Source: a virus. From it: a stretch of 64,000 nt of DNA. The notes beneath the pieces were generated by a model. The model was not told the DNA's origin and did no database searches. It saw nothing but the letters and a program-made list of their open reading frames with translations. The stretch is taken from the IMG/VR virus record IMGVR_UViG_3300027908_000026, one strand, 5' to 3'. The stretch's first letter is position 1, and the number at the start of each line of letters is the position of its first letter. A program made the position numbers and the translations under genes. Shown in pieces: positions 20,065-30,631 of this stretch.

Positions 20065-20868
20065 ATGAAATTGAAAAATGTATCTTCTGAATTTCTTTCT
20101 CAGAACACATTTGTAAAACTAAAAGACAATGATTGGCTCGAAAGGCTAAGAATTGCTGGTAAGTGTGTATCTAGTACTATGACCAAGCTGGAACTTCTTG
20201 TAAAAGAAAATACCAGCTTGTCTCTTATAGAGCTAAGTGAGTTTGCTGAGAACGAGATTATTAAGCAGGACTGTAAGCCAACCTTTAAGGGTTATAAAAA
20301 TTTTCCTGCCGCTGTTTGCATCTCTGTAAATAGACAGCTAGTTCATGGTATACCAACTAATTATAAACTTAGAGATGGAGACCTCGTAAGTTTTGATTTT
20401 GGCGCTACGTATAGGGGCGCCATAGCTGATTCTGCCACAACTTGCATATTTGGCAGTCCCAAATCCAAAGAGCACATAAACATAATAACTGCTACAAAAG
20501 AATCTTTATCAGAAGGAATAAAAGCAGTTGTTGTTGGTAATAGAATTGGTGCAATAGGTAATGCTATCTATAACTGTGCTAGAAATAAAGGTTTTAGAGT
20601 TATTGATAATTATGGTGGTCATGGGATAGATGAGAATACCCCACATGCAATGCCTTTTGTATCTAACAAATCTGAGCCAAACAAAGGCATTAGGATACAG
20701 CCTGGGTTAACTATAGCCATTGAACCCATGCTTATTCCATACAGAACGCAGCCGAAAACTAAAACTGGTGACGATGGCTGGACCGTGTACACTGAAGAAA
20801 TTGGTGCTCACGAAGAGCATACAATTTTCGTACACGAAGATAGAATTGAAATTATAACGGAAAGATAA
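20065..20868 (+). CDS. map: Methionine aminopeptidase type I
   Basis: All five metal ligands present (FDFG, ADSA, GHG, IEPM, HEEHT); CISVN...HGIP. Confidence 0.92.
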   Translation: MKLKNVSSEFLSQNTFVKLKDNDWLERLRIAGKCVSSTMTKLELLVKENTSLSLIELSEFAENEIIKQDCKPTFKGYKNFPAAVCISVNRQLVHGIPTNYKLRDGDLVSFDFGATYRGAIADSATTCIFGSPKSKEHINIITATKESLSEGIKAVVVGNRIGAIGNAIYNCARNKGFRVIDNYGGHGIDENTPHAMPFVSNKSEPNKGIRIQPGLTIAIEPMLIPYRTQPKTKTGDDGWTVYTEEIGAHEEHTIFVHEDRIEIITER

Positions 20869-21104
20869 TGACTTACTATTGCATGATTCACTCTTTCAAT
20901 GAGAAAGATAATATTGCCATTTCAGTGCCATCATTTGCTGAAGTTCTCAAAATTTCTGAAGAGCATTTGGATAGATTGCCTCGATATTCGATACGAAACA
21001 TTACAATTCTAGAGAGTAGTGCAGACGTTAATCAGGCTACAGAACACAACGGAAATGTTCTCACATTTCCTAGACCAATAGCTCAAATGAGGGTCATAAA
21101 ATGA
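20868..21104 (+). CDS. Hypothetical protein
   Basis: TAATG coupling. Confidence 0.65.
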   Translation: MTYYCMIHSFNEKDNIAISVPSFAEVLKISEEHLDRLPRYSIRNITILESSADVNQATEHNGNVLTFPRPIAQMRVIK

Positions 21105-21262
21105 AAATTCAATTCGAGGATAAAAGCTATATAGAGCTACTTAAAACTCAAATAGGAACGATTATCATAACTATTGTTGCTAGAGAAAGTAAAGATACCT
21201 TATCGGTCATAGCTAATTCAGTAGAATTAACATCTGCTCAATTTGAACAGTTGATAAAATAA
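21101..21262 (+). CDS. Small hypothetical protein (53 aa, below ORF-track cutoff)
   Basis: ATGA overlap; MKIQFEDKSYIELL...FEQLIK*. Confidence 0.6.
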   Translation: MKIQFEDKSYIELLKTQIGTIIITIVARESKDTLSVIANSVELTSAQFEQLIK

Positions 21263-21395
21263 ATTATGAATGTTTATAGATCTCTAACATTAGAAAAAAT
21301 ATTAGATAATATCTATGTAAATGTTATTATTATATATTATATAATAATGCAAATATCTTTATGAATAGGAAATTTATTTTAGTGAAAGATATAAT

Positions 21396-21956
21396 ATGAA
21401 AATATATTTTTCTGGGTCGCACGCTGTCGGGAAAAGTACATTAGCTCGCTATGTATCAGAAAAATATAAACTTCCAATGATTACAGAGACCGCGCGGGCT
21501 GTGCTGTCTGAAAGAGAATTACAAATAGATTCTCTACGTTCGAATATCCATTTAGTGAATAGCTATCAAACGGAAGTTTTCTATCGACAAATAGAAGAGG
21601 AAAAGAAGCATGAGTCATTCGTGTCTGATCGCAGCCTTATAGACTGTTTAGCTTATTCGGCTCAGCATTCTGAGGTTGCGGCCCAATTATCTGCTGATCC
21701 AATTTTCAAAACTTATCTAGAAAGCTTAAATAAGCCAGACGTACTAATGTTCTTCGTGCGAGCCTCCAAAGCAACATTGCGCCATGATGGAGTAAGGGAG
21801 CAACTAAACTGGGATGGTGTAGTTGCTATAGACGCTATAGTTAAATTTTTATTAGAAGTTTATGGCGTTAGGTATTTTCAAATAAGCACCGACAGTATGC
21901 AAGAACGTACCAAATTTATTGATAATATAATAGGTTTGTCTTCTTTGAATAGCTAG
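21396..21956 (+). CDS. P-loop nucleotide kinase-like protein (AAA_28/NadR-type)
   Basis: FSGSHAVGKSTL, ITETAR, FVSDRS. Confidence 0.8.
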   Translation: MKIYFSGSHAVGKSTLARYVSEKYKLPMITETARAVLSERELQIDSLRSNIHLVNSYQTEVFYRQIEEEKKHESFVSDRSLIDCLAYSAQHSEVAAQLSADPIFKTYLESLNKPDVLMFFVRASKATLRHDGVREQLNWDGVVAIDAIVKFLLEVYGVRYFQISTDSMQERTKFIDNIIGLSSLNS

Positions 21957-22049
21957 TTGCATAGTTTTGAACTAACCAATTTAATGTAGCTAGCATTTGT
22001 TTTTGCTGATATAAATACCAGTAGATTCTGGTATTTATGAAAGTAGAAA

Positions 22050-23258
22050 ATGAATAATTACGATGTTGCAATACTCGGTGCTGGCGTTGCCGGTTCTTTT
22101 GCTGCCCTAAAAATAGCACAAGAATATAAAGGCGTTAAAACTATATTATTTGACCTTGGACGACCTCCTTCGAAACGAAGGCGTCAACTAGAAGGCTGGC
22201 TTGGTGTACTGCCAAACAGTGATGGTAAACTATACTTAAATGATATTTCCCGCGTTGCCGAGGTTACTGGCAACAAGCGGGCACGAGCAGCTGAAAAATG
22301 GTTTAACAACTATACGTCTGACATCTTTGACCCAAAAATAATTAAAGATAAACCACCAAGCATTAGCGCGGGCAAAAAAATAAAAAAATCTGGGTTTGAG
22401 GTTCAGCTTAATGATTACAAACAGATTTATCCAAAAGATATTCATAACCTATCTAGGGCTATGTCTAGTTGTATAAATAATTCTAAAAATCTTACAATGA
22501 GCTTTGATGATGAGGTTGTTAAAGTACTTAAACAAAAAGGATCTTTTACAATAATATCTTCTTCTAAAGAAATAACTTGTAAAAAAATAATTATCTGTAC
22601 TGGTAGGAGTGGTTGGCGGTGGACCAAAAATCTCTACGATTGGCTAGGCGTAGTTGAAAACAATGATATAGCTAAGTTTGGAATAAGAGTAGAAGCTAAT
22701 TCTAATGTTATGAAAGATTTTGTTAAATCAAATTGTTCTATTATAAGTGATGATCTAGAGATTGGACCATTATGCTGGAATGGTACAGTTATACCTGAGG
22801 ATCATGTTGATTTGGCTATTTCTTCATTTAGAAGTAATGAAAATAGATGGAAATCTGATAAAGTTTCATTTAATCTAATTGGTAATAGATTTTTTGAAAA
22901 TAAAGGATTTGAACAAACAAATAGAATTGGACAACTGACGTTCGTGTTATCAAATGATCGAGTTATTAAAGAAAGAGTATCATCCATAATAGCAAAGAAA
23001 AGCAAAATATCTATTATTCCAGAATACGATTGGCTGCCGGAAGCGTTAAGCACAGTTAGTGCTTTCATGCCAGATATAATAACAAGAGGTTATTTCCATG
23101 TTCCAACGATATTACCACTCGTTCCAAAAGTAAAGATTGGAAACAACTTATCAATGGAAGTTGACAATATGTTTTGTGCTGGAGAATCGGCAGGAATACC
23201 TGGCTTATTGGCAGCGGCCACGACGGGCTTAATAGTAGCAGATTCGGCATGTAAGTAG
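22050..23258 (+). CDS. FAD-dependent oxidoreductase
   Basis: ILGAGVAG Rossmann motif, NSDGKL, FCAGESAG. Confidence 0.8.
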   Translation: MNNYDVAILGAGVAGSFAALKIAQEYKGVKTILFDLGRPPSKRRRQLEGWLGVLPNSDGKLYLNDISRVAEVTGNKRARAAEKWFNNYTSDIFDPKIIKDKPPSISAGKKIKKSGFEVQLNDYKQIYPKDIHNLSRAMSSCINNSKNLTMSFDDEVVKVLKQKGSFTIISSSKEITCKKIIICTGRSGWRWTKNLYDWLGVVENNDIAKFGIRVEANSNVMKDFVKSNCSIISDDLEIGPLCWNGTVIPEDHVDLAISSFRSNENRWKSDKVSFNLIGNRFFENKGFEQTNRIGQLTFVLSNDRVIKERVSSIIAKKSKISIIPEYDWLPEALSTVSAFMPDIITRGYFHVPTILPLVPKVKIGNNLSMEVDNMFCAGESAGIPGLLAAATTGLIVADSACK

Positions 23259-23609
23259 GTGATAATGAAAACTAAAGATAATTCACAACATGATAGCTCT
23301 GAAACAAAAGATTATCAGAACGTCAAAAATGTCCTGAGTAAGTTTGATTTTGATCTTTTCAAGGAAGAAGAAGATGTTGTCGAGAAGGTCGTCCGGGTAA
23401 AGAGAGTCTCTTTACCGAATAAGGGAGAGCGGTGGAAAATTCTCGAGAACAATAAAGCCGTTTTCATAGTCGAAGGTTCAAAGATTTCCAAGAAAGAAAA
23501 AGAATTTCTACGAAGCATCGACGGATTTAATTTTTTGATTGCTCAAGCAAAGCTTGGGATTAAATCATTAAATAAATTGAAAGTAGAATTGAAGAAACTT
23601 GTTAAATAA
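23259..23609 (+). CDS. Hypothetical protein
   Basis: 116-aa ORF in operon. Confidence 0.7.
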   Translation: MIMKTKDNSQHDSSETKDYQNVKNVLSKFDFDLFKEEEDVVEKVVRVKRVSLPNKGERWKILENNKAVFIVEGSKISKKEKEFLRSIDGFNFLIAQAKLGIKSLNKLKVELKKLVK

Positions 23610-23637
23610 CTTCTTTATTCGGTAGAATGAGATAGTT

Positions 23638-24237
23638 ATGAGTTCAAAATTTATTATTTACGTAGCAGACACGGAAACGACTGGGCTAGATCCGGCTAGA
23701 AATGAGATAATAGAGATCTCATTTTGTAGATTATCTGATAATTCTCAAAAAACCTGGTTCATTAAACCGACCAACTATGAATCAATTGAGCCAGAAGCCT
23801 TACGAATCAATGGCCATAAGTTAGATGACTTAAAGCATATAACTAAAACTGGCCGCGAGACTTACCGATCTGCGGCCGATGTATTGGTTGAGATTGAAAA
23901 TTGGATGGGTGATGATTTAGCCGCTGCAGAAGATAGAATTCTGGTTGGGCAAAATCCTTTTTTTGACATAGAATTTATGCAAAATTTATGGGCCAAACAA
24001 AATAATACAGAAACATTTCCTTTTGGACGAAGGCCATTCTTAATAGATACACGACAGATGGCGCTCTTTTTAGATTTAGCCAGGGACGAGAGAAGCGACT
24101 ATTACAACCTCGGTTCTCTTGTAGAAAAATATGGCGTTAAAAAAGAGAAAAGCCATCGCGCCGCGACTGACACCAGAATGACAAGAGATGTGTTTCTAGC
24201 ACAATTAGATATTGTTAAAGAAGCGCTAAGTAGATAG
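23638..24237 (+). CDS. DEDDh 3'-5' exonuclease (DnaQ-like)
   Basis: VADTETTG, GQNPFFD, HRAATD. Confidence 0.88.
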   Translation: MSSKFIIYVADTETTGLDPARNEIIEISFCRLSDNSQKTWFIKPTNYESIEPEALRINGHKLDDLKHITKTGRETYRSAADVLVEIENWMGDDLAAAEDRILVGQNPFFDIEFMQNLWAKQNNTETFPFGRRPFLIDTRQMALFLDLARDERSDYYNLGSLVEKYGVKKEKSHRAATDTRMTRDVFLAQLDIVKEALSR

Positions 24238-24247
24238 TATTAAGTAG

Positions 24248-25213
24248 ATGCGTATTTTATATGCAGCAGGCAACAGACAAGGATCATTTTTTCAATTAAA
24301 AAGGTTCTTAGATACTATTAGACATAAGGGTATCGAATACAAAATTTCTGCGTATAAAAAATCCTTGGGCAATCTTAGTGTTGATTATACTCTTGATTCA
24401 TTATTGAATTTTGTTAATTCAGAGCAGGGATTTTCTTATAATGGTAATTATACATATTACTATAATGAGATAAAGAGATTCAAACCAGATCTTATTATTA
24501 GTGATCTGGACCCATATACTTCAATAATAGCACTTGAGCTAGGTATTGTATTGTGGCAGGTAAGCCCTCTCCTACTTTATCAGGCTTTGCCATATGAGGT
24601 AAAGTATTCGGCAAAAATAAATTCTAATTATTCATTTCTGTTTAGTTCAAATCACAGAAGGAAAAAGTCTTTATCGTACATTGTAAACAATTCTGATAGA
24701 AAATTTGTTGTATCTCATTTATGTGATGCTGGGAAAAACATCCAGTTGAATCCTGGATTCGAATGGGTAAGGCCAGAGTTTGTGCTTTCTGATGAAAACA
24801 CCGAAGAGTTGGAGTTTGTTGTGGCGCTTCCTAGTGGAAGCGCCAATATAGCCCATTCACTTCGAGAAACCAATTCTATTATGTTTACAAATCATAATTA
24901 TGATAGGTATGATAAATTACTTATTGAAAATATTTATAATGAGAAAGAATATAAAAAGCAAATTGGTCGAGGTAAAGTATTTATCTCTGATGGTTCTGCG
25001 GCCCTCTCTTCCGATGCTTTTTATAATCAAAAAACATCCCTATTCGATGTACAACCATTTGATATGGAATCGATAATAGTATCGCATCTGGATGAGTATT
25101 TTGGCCTCGGGAAAATCATACCACATGATATGAATGCCGATAACTTGGCTCCAGCACAGATAGTTATCAACGACAAAGTAAAATTTCTCCACGAGGAACT
25201 AGAAGCAAGATGA
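24248..25213 (+). CDS. Glycosyltransferase-like protein, GT-B fold
   Basis: MRILYAAGN start, PDLIISDLDP; acceptor unknown. Confidence 0.55.
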   Translation: MRILYAAGNRQGSFFQLKRFLDTIRHKGIEYKISAYKKSLGNLSVDYTLDSLLNFVNSEQGFSYNGNYTYYYNEIKRFKPDLIISDLDPYTSIIALELGIVLWQVSPLLLYQALPYEVKYSAKINSNYSFLFSSNHRRKKSLSYIVNNSDRKFVVSHLCDAGKNIQLNPGFEWVRPEFVLSDENTEELEFVVALPSGSANIAHSLRETNSIMFTNHNYDRYDKLLIENIYNEKEYKKQIGRGKVFISDGSAALSSDAFYNQKTSLFDVQPFDMESIIVSHLDEYFGLGKIIPHDMNADNLAPAQIVINDKVKFLHEELEAR

Positions 25214-25836
25214 AGTATCTAGCAGTAGATTTAGGAAATGTAATATTAAAAGTTGATTTTGTGAGTTTTAAGAAAAGCCTGTCTAAAACTCTTGATATTA
25301 GTATGGAGGAAGCCGAGTACTTTTTGAACAGAACCCAGCAATTGCATGATTCTGGATTAACCAATATATCTGATGAACTAAAAGATCTTTTTAAGATAAA
25401 ATCCACGGTTATTATGGATGATCTGATGGAAGAATGGAATTCAACTATAGCTCCAGATAAGTTTATGATTGATACATTAGATTCGTTAATTCATCCTGTT
25501 GATGGCACGGAGCCTGTAAAAGTAGCTCTACTGAGTAATATAGGTTTTGAACATGCCAAGCTGATGCCTGGCATTCTGACAGAACGTGTGCTCAATAGTA
25601 CTATCAGGTTTTTTAGTTGTGAAGTAGGTGCTAGAAAACCAAGCCTACTATACTATAAAACATTTTTAGATCTGTATCCAGAGTTCAAAAATTGTATTTA
25701 TCTAGATGACAGACTAGAAAATGTAGAAGCTAGCAGGAAGCTTGGGTTAAATGGAATCCAGTTTATTCTTGATAAGTTTTCCTCACCGGAAGAACTGGCT
25801 ACTGAAGTTGCTAAAATAAAGAAACTTATTTATTAA
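25210..25836 (+). CDS. HAD-superfamily hydrolase
   Basis: YLAVDLGNV, LLSN, ARKP, YLDD. Confidence 0.8.
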   Translation: MKYLAVDLGNVILKVDFVSFKKSLSKTLDISMEEAEYFLNRTQQLHDSGLTNISDELKDLFKIKSTVIMDDLMEEWNSTIAPDKFMIDTLDSLIHPVDGTEPVKVALLSNIGFEHAKLMPGILTERVLNSTIRFFSCEVGARKPSLLYYKTFLDLYPEFKNCIYLDDRLENVEASRKLGLNGIQFILDKFSSPEELATEVAKIKKLIY

Positions 25837-25871
25837 ATAATACAATTAATCTACCTGATATAGTTCTAGGT

Positions 25872-26336
25872 ATGAAGAAATTTGTTACCGCTGGTAAAGT
25901 TAAGCAAGTAAAAGCAACTATTTTGGCCCCTGAGCTTGCTGGATTAAGATTAATTATTAATGCTTGCGCACAAAATGGAAAATTTGATGCCCCGTTAGAA
26001 GCGCTCTTAACCAAGAGATGGGCAAATGTTAGACAAAGCTATAAAGAATGGTATGCAACGCAGCATAATTTTAAGTTAGGTTTACTAAATACAACACCCG
26101 TAACGTCGGATACTTGGGTTGTAAATCTCTTAGTGAAAGATAAGGAAGGTAAATTTGATTCTAATGCTGTTAAGGTTGCTATAAAAAAATTATTAGATTT
26201 GTGCAAATATGAAAAAGCATCCGTACATGTAAGTGATTTATTAGTATCAGAAATACCAGAGCTTAGCAATATACTAATCGAAAATTTAGTTGATGATGGT
26301 GTTAATGTATTTTTCTACACTGAACCACAGAAATAA
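25872..26336 (+). CDS. Macrodomain-like protein (divergent)
   Basis: LIINACAQNGKF, WVVNLLVK, VHV pattern typical of short macrodomains. Confidence 0.5.
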   Translation: MKKFVTAGKVKQVKATILAPELAGLRLIINACAQNGKFDAPLEALLTKRWANVRQSYKEWYATQHNFKLGLLNTTPVTSDTWVVNLLVKDKEGKFDSNAVKVAIKKLLDLCKYEKASVHVSDLLVSEIPELSNILIENLVDDGVNVFFYTEPQK

Positions 26337-26345
26337 TATTTATTA

Positions 26346-27038
26346 TTGAATAATCAAGTACCTGAAAAACTTTGTGTTAAGTGTGGCGTGACTAAGTTTA
26401 TAAATGAATTTAGAAAATGGCGCTCTGAATGTCGTTTGTGCGAAGCTGTCTACGGCAAGAGCAAATACGTAGGAGATAGAACTTGTACTAATTGTCTTAT
26501 ATTTAAGACAGAGAATGAATTTCATAAAAATGCCAAACATTGTAAAGAATGCGCAGCTTCGAAGAAGCGTGAAAAAATTATAAAAATGCGAATAAATCTA
26601 GATCAGTCCGAATATAATAATTTTCTAAATTTACATTCGGAAAATGGTAAAAAATTCTATAAGAAAAAAGAAAATAAATTTGATTCTGTTCCGATAGAAC
26701 AATGCTACGAAGATTTTTTAAATGTTCTCAGAAAAAATGCAAATAGCAGGGCAACTGGTAAAAAGAATTATAATTTGGATTTAGAATTTTTGGTTGAATT
26801 ATATAAAAGTCAGGATGGCAAATGTGCACTCACCGGTATCTCTTTCAAATTAGAAAAGTACGGAAATAAACGTGCTTTTGCACCATCCATAGATCGTTTG
26901 AATTGTAGTAAAGGATATACAAAAGATAATGTCAGGCTGGTATGCTTGGTAGTAAATCTTGCTTTGAATGACTTTGGCGACCAAATTTTTGATACAATGT
27001 GTCGTGAATACGTTAAAAACAAATTAACTAATCAATAA
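26346..27038 (+). mobile_element. HNH/His-Me-finger endonuclease-like protein with N-terminal CxxC repeats
   Basis: CVKC, CRLC, CTNC, CKEC; CALTG...PSIDRLNCSKGYTKDNVRLVC. Confidence 0.7.
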
Positions 27039-27052
27039 TTAGCCATTAACTT

Positions 27053-27442
27053 GTGGCCTCCCTATCACCTGGCGATCAGGTAGTATGCATTATAAAAGCT
27101 GGAGTTGTACTCCAAGCCACTGAGGTTGATTACGACCTAAAACAAATTTTTGATATCGCAAGTCAATATGAAAACGGGTACATGATCTATGTACCCGTTT
27201 CTCTTTTTCTTAAGGATGCAATTCCTGTTGTAGCAGGTAATCTTGCTAAATTCAAGATAGATAAGAAATTTTTAGGTTCATCTATCTATTACATCACAGA
27301 ATACAAAATAGTTTATGTCTATAGGAAAATAGATGGCATATGCTGCAGTGATTGTAATGAATTTTATTCAATGGCTGTAGCCAATCAGCCAAATGGTACA
27401 CTAATATGCTGGAATTGCAGACACTATAAGCATTATAAATAA
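27053..27442 (+). CDS. Hypothetical protein with C-terminal Zn ribbon
   Basis: CSDC...CWNC. Confidence 0.7.
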   Translation: MASLSPGDQVVCIIKAGVVLQATEVDYDLKQIFDIASQYENGYMIYVPVSLFLKDAIPVVAGNLAKFKIDKKFLGSSIYYITEYKIVYVYRKIDGICCSDCNEFYSMAVANQPNGTLICWNCRHYKHYK

Positions 27443-27829
27443 TTATCCAAGAAGCAAAACCATTTCAATTATTCTATTGTATTCATCAATAAAAGTTTTT
27501 GATTTTTCATTAAATTTTTCGTAATCTATAATCTTCCAATCAGCGCTAAACTTTAGTACGTTATGCAAAAATTGGCAGTCGTTTGTATTAATTAGATCGT
27601 AAATCGTGGTTGCAAAAAGTAATGCAGCCTGTTTTGGTGTGCCTTCATATCCTATTTCATCATGGTGAGGCCGTACAACTATCTCTATACCATCACCTTT
27701 TACCTCCAGATAATCTCTAGCCACAACTCTTTCGTATCCATCATCATCTGAAAATTTTCCGCAAGTATAGTTCCACCCCTCTTCGTATCTAACAGAATAT
27801 TTATAAGATGAGAATAAAGCTCTAAACAT
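27443..27829 (-). CDS. Hypothetical protein with C-tag-like end (outside main array)
   Basis: Ends YNRIIEMVLLLG*. Confidence 0.65.
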   Translation of the reverse strand: MFRALFSSYKYSVRYEEGWNYTCGKFSDDDGYERVVARDYLEVKGDGIEIVVRPHHDEIGYEGTPKQAALLFATTIYDLINTNDCQFLHNVLKFSADWKIIDYEKFNEKSKTFIDEYNRIIEMVLLLG

Positions 27830-28589
27830 TTTTAATGTTGAGGGGCTCAAGTATCGGCACTACAAAATGTGCAATTGCTTTTGCATACTGATTAATTTCA
27901 AATTGAGCATCCGGTTTCAATCTCTGATGTAAAACATATAGCAAGCATTGTAAGCTACATGTCCACATGCATTCTGAATAAATATTTTGTGGGAGTAATG
28001 AACGAGCCTGCTCTTTAGCAGCATTAGATTTAATCATATATAAGTATTTTTCATACATAAAATTACATGATTCCTCAAAAAATTTAACAGGGTCTTCTCC
28101 ATTGGACAACGCGGCAAGTTTGCCTTCGCTGCCCTGTTTATTTATTTTAGATTGAATTCTTATTTCTTCTGGAATATAAAATTCTGGTGCAAATTCAACA
28201 TAACGGCCACTCATTTCATTCCAATTTGTTTCTGGGATTTGTATAGTTCCAATATTTTCGTTTTCTACCCAATCACATCCGATTTGATATTTCCAAAATT
28301 GTCTAAAAACAAGCAACGGGGCCTTTATTCTAAAACTAAAATACGAATGTCTAAACGTTGAAAAATGTTCATGCTCATACAAAAAATTTATTAGTTTAAT
28401 ATCTTTTTCTGTAAGTTCTTTTGTTTCTTTTTGGAAAGAAACCCTTGCGGCGTTAGCAATTTTCAATTTTGGGTCACAGACCATCCCATCGCACAGTTCA
28501 ACGTGTCCTTTGTCAAGAACTTTGCATGAGCCAAAAAATTTTTTAATATCAAATTCAGATTTTTCTTCTTCCACTTTATTTTTGTGCAT
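27822..28589 (-). CDS. thyX: FAD-dependent thymidylate synthase
   Basis: IANAARVSF, HFSTFRH, APLLVFRQFW, WNEMSGRY, EQARSLLPQ. Confidence 0.88.
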   Translation of the reverse strand: MHKNKVEEEKSEFDIKKFFGSCKVLDKGHVELCDGMVCDPKLKIANAARVSFQKETKELTEKDIKLINFLYEHEHFSTFRHSYFSFRIKAPLLVFRQFWKYQIGCDWVENENIGTIQIPETNWNEMSGRYVEFAPEFYIPEEIRIQSKINKQGSEGKLAALSNGEDPVKFFEESCNFMYEKYLYMIKSNAAKEQARSLLPQNIYSECMWTCSLQCLLYVLHQRLKPDAQFEINQYAKAIAHFVVPILEPLNIKNV

Positions 28590-28833
28590 TGTATTCCTCT
28601 ATTGTTACGCCTTTAGGTAGAAAGGACCAAGTGTTTGGGTTGAACGGCAGATCCATCCAGGAGCCATCTTTTCTATTGACAATTATACGGTTCCAATCAA
28701 CTTTATTGTGTACAAGCTGATAAGTAGCATCTTCTTCATAGAAAATAATTCCATTACAATTACCATCATCAAATATTTGAAATTTTAATTCTTTGGGGAA
28801 CCCTACTAAAAATTTATCAAATCCAAAAGACAT
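28576..28833 (-). CDS. Hypothetical protein
   Basis: 85-aa ORF in minus-strand operon. Confidence 0.65.
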   Translation of the reverse strand: MSFGFDKFLVGFPKELKFQIFDDGNCNGIIFYEEDATYQLVHNKVDWNRIIVNRKDGSWMDLPFNPNTWSFLPKGVTIEEYNAQK

Positions 28834-28837
28834 ACTA

Positions 28838-28993
28838 TCATTTTCTCATAAAAACTAAAGCTATTATTGTTCCTACAGCAAATCCAACTAGCGGTCCCCA
28901 AATGTTGTTGAATACAGCTTGGTATAAAGAAAAACCAAAACAAAGAATAAGTAGCGTAATCCAAATCAAATTAATTTTAATAGTTATGTTCAT
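28838..28993 (-). CDS. Small two-TM membrane protein (51 aa)
   Basis: MNITIKINLIWITLLILCFGFSLY...WGPLVGFAVGTIIALVFMRK*; read manually. Confidence 0.55.
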   Translation of the reverse strand: MNITIKINLIWITLLILCFGFSLYQAVFNNIWGPLVGFAVGTIIALVFMRK

Positions 28994-28999
28994 TTTATT

Positions 29000-30313
29000 T
29001 TACCCCAGTAATACAAATTTTACATTATTCCAAAATGTATTTATATCTTTAGCTCCAGCATATGTGATTCCAGACTTTAGGGCGCCAGAATAATGCTCTA
29101 ACATTTTTTCAATAGAATCTGATATATCTAAAAACCTTATACCTCCCTCTGTGCATGTTCCGGATTTAACCCCACCCTTCCAAAGTTTTTGGACATACTC
29201 AGATGCCATACCAGCATATAGTTTTTTTTCTTTATCGTTTATTGTAACGACTTCAGCTGCACTTTCAGGGCAGGCCGCAAATATACTACCAGCCATAACT
29301 GAACTGGCGCCAGCAGCTATTGCTTTCGTAAAATCGGCTGGTTCACGTATCCCTCCATCACTGATTATTGGTATGCCAAAATTTTGTGCTATGTTTTTGA
29401 ATTTTAAGATGGCCGAAAATTGTTTTTCTGTGCAGCCAGCGGTATTTTTTGTTTCACAGGCAAATCCTTGTGCGATACCAACTTTAATGGCATCAATAAA
29501 ATCGTAACACTCGTAAAGCATATCTATATTTGTAGTATTACCAACAATTATTTTCGTACATGACGAATAGTGTTTAATTTTTTTAGCAAGCTCTAATGTG
29601 GTATCAGAATATCCATGAGCAACGTCTATCGTTATAACATTACATCCGGCTTTTATCATTTGTTTTGAAAATTCAAACTGATCTGCTTCAGTTCCTATCG
29701 AAGCAGCCACAATATCACATTGATTGGCAACAGTTTTTATATCTCGAATTATATTTTCTTTAGAATCGGCACGATGTAAAATCCCTATCGCGCCCAGTTT
29801 ATATAATTTTATATAAAAATCTGGATTTATTACGGTTGACATGTTTGATGCAACTAATGGTATTTGTAATTTTATTCCACGTACAAATTCTGACTCTATA
29901 TTTACGTCTAATCTAGATTTTACAATATTTTTATTTTGTTTAATTGCAACATTTTCAAATCCAAAACTTTTTGGCATTGAATCTAGCTCTAATTTATCTG
30001 ATAATCTGTACTCTTTTGATTGCTTATTAAAAATAATTAATCCTTTTTCTACCAAAGTAAATGCCAACTTCTCCAATTGAGAATGCAATGTTCCATGTTC
30101 AGATTGAGTTAATTCAATTAAATTATTGATTACATTATTTTTTTTATTACCGTCTATATGATGTATTTCATTTAATTCTGAATGGTGTTTATCCGCTGAT
30201 TCTGCAACAATCAACCTATGTTCCTGTATATGTTTATGATCTTTTTCACACCATTTTAATATGTGACCACTACTCGATACTTTTCTATTTGTTGTTGAAT
30301 TGTTTTTTATCAT
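29000..30313 (-). CDS. HNH domain fused in frame to IMP dehydrogenase/GMP reductase (no CBS domains)
   Basis: EHRLIV...IHHIDGNKKNN in the first ~115 aa; then PLVASNMSTV, IDVAHG, KVGIAQGFACET, ISDGGI, YAGMAS. Confidence 0.85.
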   Translation of the reverse strand: MIKNNSTTNRKVSSSGHILKWCEKDHKHIQEHRLIVAESADKHHSELNEIHHIDGNKKNNVINNLIELTQSEHGTLHSQLEKLAFTLVEKGLIIFNKQSKEYRLSDKLELDSMPKSFGFENVAIKQNKNIVKSRLDVNIESEFVRGIKLQIPLVASNMSTVINPDFYIKLYKLGAIGILHRADSKENIIRDIKTVANQCDIVAASIGTEADQFEFSKQMIKAGCNVITIDVAHGYSDTTLELAKKIKHYSSCTKIIVGNTTNIDMLYECYDFIDAIKVGIAQGFACETKNTAGCTEKQFSAILKFKNIAQNFGIPIISDGGIREPADFTKAIAAGASSVMAGSIFAACPESAAEVVTINDKEKKLYAGMASEYVQKLWKGGVKSGTCTEGGIRFLDISDSIEKMLEHYSGALKSGITYAGAKDINTFWNNVKFVLLG

Positions 30314-30406
30314 TTGTATTATCTAAAATAGCAATTTATACTCGTCTGGATTATTTATTGGGTACCCATGGCAAAACGTATAATCTTCTTCATAGAAGAA
30401 TAAATC

Positions 30407-30631
30407 TTATTGGGAATTTTTCAATCTGTAAACAATTCTTCCCAATTTAGTATCATAGGCAGAAACCTCTATCTTAACTCGGTCTCCTGCTATAATCTTA
30501 ATTTGACTCTGTCTAATTTTTCCGGACAGCGTACAAAGAACCGCATAATTATCACTAATTCTTACTCTAAATTTACCGTTTGCAAACTCCTCCACGTCGC
30601 CCTCGAACTCCATAAAATTTTCTTTAACCAT
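30407..30631 (-). CDS. infA: Translation initiation factor IF-1
   Basis: MEFEGDV...FRV...LCTLSGKIRQ...IIAGDRVKIEVSAYD...GRIVYR. Confidence 0.9.
   Translation of the reverse strand: MVKENFMEFEGDVEEFANGKFRVRISDNYAVLCTLSGKIRQSQIKIIAGDRVKIEVSAYDTKLGRIVYRLKNSQ

Noticed and set aside
21266-21395. Replication origin in the very AT-rich gap
   Set aside because: No iterons or DnaA boxes; AT richness alone is weak evidence in this genome.
29000-29030. IMPDH/GMPR C-terminus KFVLLG as a C-tag
   Set aside because: Corresponds to the normal terminal beta strand of this fold; resemblance may be coincidental.
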